Positions 57,701 through 64,000 of a stretch of 64,000 nucleotides of DNA are shown in pieces (the stretch's first letter is position 1; the number at the start of each line of letters is the position of its first letter). The position numbers were made by a program, and so were the translations under genes. The notes under the pieces were generated by a model. That model worked only from the letters and a program-made list of their open reading frames with translations, did not search any database and was not told where the DNA came from. The DNA is from an uncultured Alphaproteobacteria bacterium (GTDB lineage Bacteria; Pseudomonadota; Alphaproteobacteria; RF32; CAG-239): the NCBI GenBank assembly GCA_934277545.1, contig CAKQUG010000008.1:6862-70861 (forward strand). The letters run 5' to 3'.

Positions 57701-57836
57701 ACACGGCAACAGAACCGCTGTTTCAGCTAATGAAAAAGCCGAACAGGACGGTACCGGTAAGTCATCTGCTCGTCAAGCTCTGAAAAGCACTTTCAACAAC
57801 TTGAGCAGACATTTCAGAGGAAAAGGCGGACGCTAG
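54729..57836 (+). CDS. Large hypothetical protein (about 1035 aa) with an N-terminal coiled-coil region and Ala/Gly-rich hydrophobic (glycine-zipper-like) segments
   Basis: ATG at 54729 with RBS GGAGA; the track ORF starts at an upstream TTG. No signal peptide. Segments such as ..ALRTAAIGAALGPVGLTAYSAF.. and ..VAAATIAGATLGLVASAAA.. are present. Confidence 0.55.
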   Translation: MVDTADNKELYDDIAAIQAKEKANNPVSDEEKAALLARLNEMANSSVDFDPDRLESIEAFAASFGNNSNAEAILKRIAEQKAKAEANSAQQQNTPTNQPNEPTAEEKKLDIANEPSYSVYKEYEALKGKENLTDDEKARMTQIEQFSSQMLDNVDTKNIEPDAAVALSDYLGVASLANPEAAQEKYQELQSVLGSKLQEYDQANGLENAAGKTPEEMKANEDAWNQVATQIDVKPVLKELNPILSELPKEEQLEILSTLQRTVIFDLKDNAPDANGVQTMQTALENNVAEFNNLVKAEYLKQTAKAQFCEQNKIEPKKFEELLMKSAKGETLSEEEKGTLTKYNEHTAKVMSDNLQFNGPYKNKEFLKNAIELTRAQMISRSTTKECRRSRLMNAQNISSRVAKMNKDFALNYPKTYKVVNIVKNMGVNALRTAAIGAALGPVGLTAYSAFKTMKTIRKAYKEHQAENGGNFKDFVKSLAKPENRSKALTLAGQVAATAISGYFSLGGGMDGIVDNLGLAGKAIHSATGAGTEHIANAAAQATQHIDSVGGALKAGAAKIFNSPRRLVSMSTSLGIGIVKGLSEKYNLNKAHKNMTKILEANGVAADKKLLKAFEKAQAPEEFQALLKEVVPNISQEQAQELLNNADLARKSNPKSVAAATIAGATLGLVASAAAETYSSHVAEANAAAGNADTGNTALDAEMKSTLAHQETIDGWNKGSDHRFESFGIDAEGANKMLREMGIIKEGDHTFYKQSGLTKLVSGANLTDEQRNQIQGWANDRESRVANMLKCIREHHHGGHRSSESAGHTGIEVKSVDPKSLGNLNNNEEVLKVNPNEKIIQPTTDNNYHVEGVINKNSSINGDVQANDPLSAASAVAHANGANGARRSEFTVTDGRGNQTEINSKVGSRSTVVKATYHKGDAENGDVIGKQKIKSYTSGKSEGSTKIVERRDIDGDGKKDKIETVISKDGSRVTYAKLSRNGDRILATDDGHGNRTAVSANEKAEQDGTGKSSARQALKSTFNNLSRHFRGKGGR

Positions 57837-57858
57837 TTCAAAAGATATATTCCAGATT

Positions 57859-57891
57859 AAATCCCGGTTGTATACAACTGGGATTTTTTTT
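57859..57891 (+). terminator. Rho-independent terminator after the large protein gene
   Basis: aatcccggttgtatacaactgggatt hairpin followed by T8. Confidence 0.6.
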
Positions 57892-57955
57892 ATTGTAATT
57901 AAAAAAAAACACATTTACACTGACTATATTGCAATTATTTATAAAGGAGAAAAAA

Positions 57956-58894
57956 ATGGAAACTTTAGCAGTCGTTTTAATCGCTTTGGTTTTGGTCGTT
58001 TTAATCAAATCCGTTGTCATTGTTCGTCAGGGTTATGAATATACAGTTGAAAACTTTGGCCGTTTTACCCGCTCTTTGCATCCGGGATTTCACCTTTTGA
58101 TTCCGGTACTGGAAACTATCGGCGCCAAAATCAACCGCAAGGAACAAGTTTTGGAAGTTTCTTCGCAGGAAGTTATTACCAAAGATAACGCCATGGTAAC
58201 CGTTAACGGCGTGTTGTTCTATCAAATTCAAGACGCCACAAAGGCCGCCTATCAGGTAGAAGATTTGGACTATGCCATTATGAACCTGGTTATGACTAAC
58301 ATCCGTACGGTTATCGGCAGTATGGAAATTGATGAACTGCTGTCGCAGCGCAATATCATTAACCAAAAATTGCTGTCGGTTGTGGATGAAGCCACTATTC
58401 CTTGGGGCGTGAAAGTTACCCGTGTGGAAATAAAAGATATTACTCCGCCGAAAGATTTGATTGACGCCATGGCTCGCCAGATGAAAGCCGAACGTGAAAA
58501 ACGCGCTAACATTTTGGAAGCCGAGGGTTTGCGTCAGGCCGAAATTTTACAGGCGGAAGGTTCTAAACAGTCGGTAATTCTTGAAGCTGAAGGTAAAAAA
58601 GAAGCAGCTTTCCGTGAGGCTGAAGCCCGTGAGCGTTCTGCCCAAGCTGAAGCAATGGCAACACAACTCATTTCCGACGCCATTGCCAAAGGCGACCCTA
58701 AGTCCCTTTCCTATTTCCTGGGTCAGCAATACATCAACGCTTTGCAAGGCATTGTAACCTCGCCGAACGAAAAATTGCTTATGCTGCCGGTTGACACCAC
58801 TCAGGTTATGGGCACTGTTGCCGGAATTTCCGAACTGGTAAAAGATGTCATGAACGGCAAAACCTCTGCTAAAAAATCTGCCGGCAAGGAGTAA
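57956..58894 (+). CDS. Stomatin/SPFH-family protein (QmcA/YbbK-like)
   Basis: N-terminal TM anchor, SPFH core (..[35 protein letters not shown]...IDELLS.R..I...L...), C-terminal coiled coil. ATG at 57956 with RBS AAGGAG. Confidence 0.85.
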   Translation: METLAVVLIALVLVVLIKSVVIVRQGYEYTVENFGRFTRSLHPGFHLLIPVLETIGAKINRKEQVLEVSSQEVITKDNAMVTVNGVLFYQIQDATKAAYQVEDLDYAIMNLVMTNIRTVIGSMEIDELLSQRNIINQKLLSVVDEATIPWGVKVTRVEIKDITPPKDLIDAMARQMKAEREKRANILEAEGLRQAEILQAEGSKQSVILEAEGKKEAAFREAEARERSAQAEAMATQLISDAIAKGDPKSLSYFLGQQYINALQGIVTSPNEKLLMLPVDTTQVMGTVAGISELVKDVMNGKTSAKKSAGKE

Positions 58895-58900
58895 TAAAAG

Positions 58901-59344
58901 ATGTTTGACTCACCTGTTGTCAACTGGGTAATCGCCGGGCTTGCGCTTTCTTTGTTGGAGCTGATTGTTCCGGGAGTATACCTGATTTGGTTTGGTTTTG
59001 CGGCTTTTGTGGTCAGCATTGCCGTATATTTTATGCCGCTGGAATTTACCACGCAGCTGATTGTTTTTGCCATAGCCTCCGGCATTTTCGCCGTTATCGG
59101 CGTGGCGGTTTACCGCTATATATTCAGCAAAGCCCAAGTACCTGCCGAATATAAAAACCTGAACAACACCGCCGAACAATATGTCGGACAGCTGGTTACG
59201 GTTGCCGAAGACACGGCGGACAACCGCACTAAGGTAAAAATCGGCGACACCTATTGGCTGGCCTCGTGTCAAAAACCTTTCAAACAAGGCGACACGGCCA
59301 AAGTTGTCGGTGTTAAAGACAGCTTGATTTTAATTATTGAATAA
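58901..59344 (+). CDS. NfeD-like (YbbJ-type) membrane protein
   Basis: Three to four TM helices followed by a C-terminal OB-fold-like beta domain. Canonical partner position immediately downstream of the stomatin gene. Confidence 0.75.
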   Translation: MFDSPVVNWVIAGLALSLLELIVPGVYLIWFGFAAFVVSIAVYFMPLEFTTQLIVFAIASGIFAVIGVAVYRYIFSKAQVPAEYKNLNNTAEQYVGQLVTVAEDTADNRTKVKIGDTYWLASCQKPFKQGDTAKVVGVKDSLILIIE

Positions 59345-59353
59345 GAGGGAAAA

Positions 59354-60187
59354 ATGCTGCATATCGGTTGTCATTTATCTATTTCCAAAGGTTTTGCCCA
59401 TATTGGCAAAGAGGCTTTATCGATTAAAGCTGACACTTTCCAATTTTTTACGCGCAATCCGCAAGGTGGAAAAGCCAAAGATATAGACCTCGCTGATGTG
59501 GCAAAATTCCGTACCTTAGCTGCAGAAAATCACTTTGCTCCGCTGGTTGCGCACGCTCCCTACACTCTTAACCCGTGTTCGGATAATCCGCAAACCCGCG
59601 AATTTGCCGAAATGGTATTTGCCGACGACTTAAAGCGTATGGAACATATTCCTAACAATTATTACAATTTTCATCCCGGCTCCCACGTCGGGCAAGGCGC
59701 CAACGCCGGCACGGCCATGATTATCGACTTGCTTAACCGTATTTTAACACCTGAGCAAAACACCGTAGTTTTACTGGAAACCATGTCCGGAAAAGGCTCG
59801 GAAATAGGACGTAGTTTTGAAGAGCTTGCAGAGATTCGCGCCGGCGTCAAGCTCAAAAACAAGCTGGGCGTTTGCCTTGACACCTGCCACATTTTTGCCG
59901 CCGGTTACGATATTGTAAACAACCTTGACGGCGTCATGGCTGAATTTGATAAAATAATCGGCCTGCAGCATTTAAAAGCCGTGCATTTAAATGACAGCTT
60001 AATGCCGCTAGGCTCAAACAAAGACCGTCATGCCCCAATCGGCGCCGGAGAAATCGGCGCGGAAGCGCTTATCCGCTTTGTAAATTACCCGGCCGTAAAA
60101 AATTTGCCGTTTATATTGGAAACCCCGAACGATTTAGCCGGTTACGCCTCCGAAATCGCTCTTATGCGAAAAAATTACACTGACTAA
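59354..60187 (+). CDS. nfo: Endonuclease IV (AP endonuclease, TIM-barrel)
   Basis: [15 protein letters not shown]-terminus and the His/Asp/Glu metal-ligand pattern (..HAPY.., ..HPGSH.., ..[13 protein letters not shown].., ..HLNDS..). Confidence 0.85.
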   Translation: MLHIGCHLSISKGFAHIGKEALSIKADTFQFFTRNPQGGKAKDIDLADVAKFRTLAAENHFAPLVAHAPYTLNPCSDNPQTREFAEMVFADDLKRMEHIPNNYYNFHPGSHVGQGANAGTAMIIDLLNRILTPEQNTVVLLETMSGKGSEIGRSFEELAEIRAGVKLKNKLGVCLDTCHIFAAGYDIVNNLDGVMAEFDKIIGLQHLKAVHLNDSLMPLGSNKDRHAPIGAGEIGAEALIRFVNYPAVKNLPFILETPNDLAGYASEIALMRKNYTD

Positions 60188-60337
60188 AAATAACCAAGTC
60201 AACAGTAAGAATTAAAATCAAAACTAATTATAAGTTTATCTAAAAAAGACTAAAATTGACATTTATTTTATACATATTTCATCACATCAAAAAGTAAAAG
60301 CTCCACCGACATAAGCCGGCAGAGCTTTTACACAAAA

Positions 60338-61228
60338 CTAGATTTTTTCATCTAAAGCGTATCCCAGTGTCGCAGCATAATGCTCTCGAGACTGGATTTT
60401 TCCAAACTCATACGGATAATTCGCAACAATAGACTTAAATGAGCTTTCCATTGAAGCAATCAAGCCGAAACAATCTTCTTTTACCAGGCAATCCAATCCT
60501 TTTGGATGGCTGGCGAAAATGCGGAATTTACTGAGCTCGCTCATTTTTTCAGGCGATTGTTTTAAGAACTTGAACAACTCTTCTTCCGGCACTAAAGCTG
60601 CCCAACTGCAAACAATCACTCTAATCCGCGGGTCGGTAACCTTTGCTATATCAAACTTGTTTAAATAAGATATAACAAATCCGGCTTGCCCTGCTTCAAT
60701 CAATGCTTCAATTTCTCCGCAATGCAGAAGTATACCGAAACAACCATCCTGAACCAAACGCTTTACCGGGAAAACTCCGCGCCAAGACTCCGCCGTGGCA
60801 ATATTTGTGCTTTTAACCACATTGAACACATTACCGACAGCATGATGAACATTCATTGTTGCTCGCCACCAATCATAAGCCAACTCATTACACATCACCT
60901 TGTCTGCGGCAATCTTATACCCGATAAGCTGCCAAAAGTGACACAATGCGTTGTTCCAACCTCTGACATCGCTTGCATTATGTATTCCCTGCGGAATAAT
61001 GAGGTGATTGTTAAAGAAGTTTTCCACCCAACCTGCAGACTCCGGCACATTTTTTTGCCGCAGCATTTTCTTATACATACGCAGCAGGCGCTGGACATCT
61101 CTCAAAAACATTTTTTGAGGAACTGAGCAAAAGTCTTTAAGCAAGCTGTAATCATTGCGGCTGACCACAAACAACAGAAACTCCGAGACAGTTTTCTGCT
61201 TTTCTTTAGCTGAAATTTGTTTAACCAT
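60338..61228 (-). CDS. Hypothetical protein (296 aa)
   Basis: Long ORF with no recognised motif, isolated between nfo and the ftsB-like gene. Confidence 0.45.
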   Translation of the reverse strand: MVKQISAKEKQKTVSEFLLFVVSRNDYSLLKDFCSVPQKMFLRDVQRLLRMYKKMLRQKNVPESAGWVENFFNNHLIIPQGIHNASDVRGWNNALCHFWQLIGYKIAADKVMCNELAYDWWRATMNVHHAVGNVFNVVKSTNIATAESWRGVFPVKRLVQDGCFGILLHCGEIEALIEAGQAGFVISYLNKFDIAKVTDPRIRVIVCSWAALVPEEELFKFLKQSPEKMSELSKFRIFASHPKGLDCLVKEDCFGLIASMESSFKSIVANYPYEFGKIQSREHYAATLGYALDEKI

Positions 61229-61330
61229 GTTTTACAAAATTATAAAGTGAATAATAGATTTATACTTTTTCTATTACCACATCTAAAAGCTCTCGTCAAC
61301 TTTATAATAAAAAAAACGGCCGTCAGCCGC

Positions 61331-61645
61331 TTATTCGTCATCTAATATAATAAATTCGTCATCGCCGATAACGTTCAAAACCGCGCGGGCACGTTCATCC
61401 AGCAAATCTAAATCCAAACTTGAAGAAGAAAGCAAATCAACCTTTTGTTTCCAATCCTGACGCTGTTTATCATAGTTTTCATTAACTTTTTCCGCCTCGG
61501 CGACCTTGTCCAGCAAATACATATAGCGGAAAAACCCTCTGTCGCCCTTAATGGCAAAATAGGTAAAATAGGAAAATAAAGCCATCAGCAATACAATAAA
61601 GCCTGAGCTTTTACACTTTGCGACAATATATGACCACAATCCCAT
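61331..61645 (-). CDS. ftsB: FtsB/DivIC-like septum formation initiator
   Basis: Single N-terminal TM helix, coiled coil, and C-terminal ..DLDLLDERARAVLNVIGDDE.. motif. Confidence 0.6.
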   Translation of the reverse strand: MGLWSYIVAKCKSSGFIVLLMALFSYFTYFAIKGDRGFFRYMYLLDKVAEAEKVNENYDKQRQDWKQKVDLLSSSSLDLDLLDERARAVLNVIGDDEFIILDDE

Positions 61646-61718
61646 TTTTACCTCTGTACATCTTATTTTTTTAAGTATTAGAACGTATTTTTATTAAAAA
61701 AAAGTTAGTTTCGCCGAC

Positions 61719-62438
61719 TTAATAAAAATTTTCCGTATTCTTCAAAAAATTACTGCTGCGGTTTTCTATCAGAGTTCCGTCCTTCAAATTCACCACCCTA
61801 TCCATTTTGTTCGCCAAATCAATGTTATGCGTGGCAATCAGCGCAGAAAGCCCGGTTTCTTTTACCACTTCAAGCAGTGTGAAAAACACATTGTCCGAAG
61901 TGTTAGGATCTAAATTTCCGGTAGGTTCGTCTGCTAAAAGCAGTTTCGGAGTATTCGCCAAAGCGCGGGCGATAGCGACTCGCTGCTGTTCGCCGCCCGA
62001 AAGCTCAGCCGGACGGTGATGTTCTCTTTCACTCAAGCCCAAACGCTGCAGCAGCCACATTGCTTTATCGCGCGCCTCTTTATATTTTACCCCGGCAATC
62101 AGCTGTGGAATAATCACATTTTCGGCCGCGTCAAAATCCGACAGCAAATTATGATATTGATAAACAAAGCCCAAATAATCGCTGCGCAAAGCCGTGCGCA
62201 CATTGTCTGAATTTCCGGTGCAGTTTTCGCCGTCAATATAAACTTCGCCGTCGGTCGGATTTTCCAGCAAACCGGCAATTTGTAGCATTGTCGATTTACC
62301 GGAGCCGGATGGTCCTATTAGCGCCACAACTTCTTTTGGTTTAATATCCAAATTCACATTTTTCAGCACTTCCAAAACTTCATTACCCTGCCGGAAAGTT
62401 TTGTTAATATTTTTCAAGGTCAAAGTAGTATTATTCAT
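61719..62438 (-). CDS. lolD: ABC transporter ATP-binding protein, LolD-type (lipoprotein release)
   Basis: Walker A GPSGSGKST, ABC signature LSGGEQQRVAIARAL, Walker B LLLADEPTGNLD. Overlaps the permease gene stop. Confidence 0.75.
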   Translation of the reverse strand: MNNTTLTLKNINKTFRQGNEVLEVLKNVNLDIKPKEVVALIGPSGSGKSTMLQIAGLLENPTDGEVYIDGENCTGNSDNVRTALRSDYLGFVYQYHNLLSDFDAAENVIIPQLIAGVKYKEARDKAMWLLQRLGLSEREHHRPAELSGGEQQRVAIARALANTPKLLLADEPTGNLDPNTSDNVFFTLLEVVKETGLSALIATHNIDLANKMDRVVNLKDGTLIENRSSNFLKNTENFY

Positions 62439-63675
62439 AACGCAAAGCCTCCGAAGGGTCTAATTTTGCGGCACGGTAAGCCGGATATAAGGTTGCTAAA
62501 AAAGACAAAATCAAAGTCAGCGCCACCACCAGGCTGACTTCTACCGCATCCACTTTTGCCGGCAGTTTTGATAAAAAGTAAATTTCCGCCGAAAATAAAT
62601 CGCGCCCCAGCATATTTTGCAAAAACTGTCTGATATTTTCGATATTGTCGCAAAACAATAAGCCCAACGCCACGCCGATAGAAGTTCCGACCAAGCCGAT
62701 AAAAGCGCCGTCTAAAAAGAAAATGCGCATAATCATTCCGCGGGTTGCCCCCATGGTGCGCAGCACAGCCACATCACGGCTCTTATCTTTTACCAACATA
62801 ATCAAACCGGTAATAATATTAAACGCCGCCACCAAAATAATCAGCGTCAAAATCAAAAACATCACGTTGCGTTCCACGTCTATCGCGTTAAAAAAGGCGG
62901 AATTAGTCTGTTTCCAGTCATAAACATAGGCATCCAAACTAACGCTCTTTTCAATCATGGCGCGCAGTTTCGGCAGTTGTTTTTCATCTTTTAAGCTAAC
63001 ATCAATCACGGTTGCCGAATCTTTTAAGCCAAAATATTTTTGCGCCGCTTCCAAAGGCATAAAAACATAGTTGGCGTCATATTCATACATTCCCATATTG
63101 AAAGTCCCGATAATTTGATAAGACTTTATTCTCGGCACCGAACCGAACGCCGTAACTTTGCCGTTCGGCGAAATCAAAGTAATCTCATCACCGACAAATA
63201 CGCCGAGCTTTTGTGCCAGTTTTTCGCCCAAAACCACCACATCTCCTTCAAAACCTTCTATATCCAATGCAGCAAAACCGTCGCGCATAACTTTTTTCTT
63301 GAGAATATCCGCTTTTTCAATGCCGCGCACCATTGCGCCTTCCGCTCCGCGCGCTGACGAAACCAACAGCTGTTTTTCAATCATTGGCAAAGCCATTTCA
63401 ATACCGTCTATGCTTTCCAGCGTGCTTACGGCTTGTTTATAGTTATTAAACGGAAAACCGGCTGACGCCACAATGGCGATATGGCCGTTAATACCCAAAA
63501 TACGGTTAAGCAGCTCGGCTTTAAAACCATTCATCACCGACATCACAATAATCAGTGTAGCCACGCCGAGCGCGATACCGGTAAAAGCAAAACCGGTAAT
63601 TACCGAAATAAATCCTTCTTTTCGTTTAGCCCGCAAATAGCGCCAGGCTGCCAACCGTTCAAACTTTGAAAACAA
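62431..63675 (-). CDS. LolC/LolE-family (FtsX-like) ABC transporter permease
   Basis: N-terminal ..FERLAAWRYLRAKRKEGFISVITGFAFTGIALGVATLIIVMSVMNGF.. is the canonical LolC/E start. Four TM helices with a large periplasmic domain. Confidence 0.8.
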   Translation of the reverse strand: MFSKFERLAAWRYLRAKRKEGFISVITGFAFTGIALGVATLIIVMSVMNGFKAELLNRILGINGHIAIVASAGFPFNNYKQAVSTLESIDGIEMALPMIEKQLLVSSARGAEGAMVRGIEKADILKKKVMRDGFAALDIEGFEGDVVVLGEKLAQKLGVFVGDEITLISPNGKVTAFGSVPRIKSYQIIGTFNMGMYEYDANYVFMPLEAAQKYFGLKDSATVIDVSLKDEKQLPKLRAMIEKSVSLDAYVYDWKQTNSAFFNAIDVERNVMFLILTLIILVAAFNIITGLIMLVKDKSRDVAVLRTMGATRGMIMRIFFLDGAFIGLVGTSIGVALGLLFCDNIENIRQFLQNMLGRDLFSAEIYFLSKLPAKVDAVEVSLVVALTLILSFLATLYPAYRAAKLDPSEALRYE

Positions 63676-63765
63676 TGCAATTCTCCCATATTTTTGTTGA
63701 ATGTAGCTAAAAGCGGTAAATTTTGCAAGTTTTTCAAACGGATATGCACAAGGTTAATTTTATGT

Positions 63766-63996
63766 TCACATCCCGATTTTTTGATTTAGTTTTAAAATGT
63801 CAACAACTGAAAAAACGGTATAAAACTGTTCAAAAACCCGGTCAATTTTCTTTTTATTCACATTGCTTCTGAAAAAAGAACAAGCCTCAAACATATCCTG
63901 CTTGGTCGGAATTGCCAGCAGCAGCCGGTTGTCATCAAAGCTGAACTGTATGGACTTTCCGCCGTACAATTCGCTTAATTTCAGCATCCGTTCCAT
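63766..63996 (-). CDS. Small hypothetical protein (76 aa) at the window edge
   Basis: Track ORF only; no motif recognised. Confidence 0.3.
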   Translation of the reverse strand: MERMLKLSELYGGKSIQFSFDDNRLLLAIPTKQDMFEACSFFRSNVNKKKIDRVFEQFYTVFSVVDILKLNQKIGM

Positions 63997-64000
63997 AAAC

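Noticed and set aside
1-64000. CRISPR arrays, transposases, integrases, phage structural genes
   Set aside because: None was found by eye. The only repeat arrays are the 174-bp tRNA-linked tandem array (no unique spacers) and the in-frame peptide repeats.

Overview
Low-GC bacterial chromosomal window, roughly 40% GC, with about 55 protein-coding genes on both strands, two tRNAs, and no recognisable transposase, integrase or CRISPR array. Housekeeping genes identified with good support are adhE, pheA, gltX, tig, prfC, ldh, ybaK, nfo, malQ, a UvrD/PcrA-type helicase, a Y-family DNA polymerase, LolD plus a LolC/E-type permease, and an FtsB-like protein. Other recognisable content is a Cd/Zn-type P-type ATPase with a separate HMA chaperone-like protein, the [FeFe]-hydrogenase maturases HydE and HydG about 28 kb apart, a MoxR-DUF58-TPR operon, two SPFH/stomatin loci (one followed by an NfeD-like gene), a maltokinase-like gene next to malQ, and an ArnT/ArnC/YdjC/GtrA-like glycolipid or lipid A aminosugar modification cluster. 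The most interesting material is accessory. (1) Two paralogous type IV pilin-like (class III signal) genes share an N-terminal extension whose codons differ synonymously, so it is translated. One is currently separated from an upstream RBS-linked ATG by a (TC)8 dinucleotide tract where one extra repeat unit would fuse the frames, a likely phase-variation switch. The other is preceded by a 134-bp segment bracketed by perfect 20-bp inverted repeats that carries a promoter pointing away from it, a candidate invertible promoter or MITE-like element. (2) A (CT)7 tract lies inside a choline-kinase/APH-family kinase gene. (3) tRNA-Met(CAU) is followed by 3.2 tandem copies of a 174-bp unit, each re-duplicating the last 19 nt of the tRNA and its terminator. 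(4) Terminator-promoter modules carrying a TTGACAT-N12-ATGTCAA palindrome are duplicated around the first SPFH locus alongside paralogous small membrane proteins. All functional calls rest on recognised sequence motifs read by eye; no database search was run.
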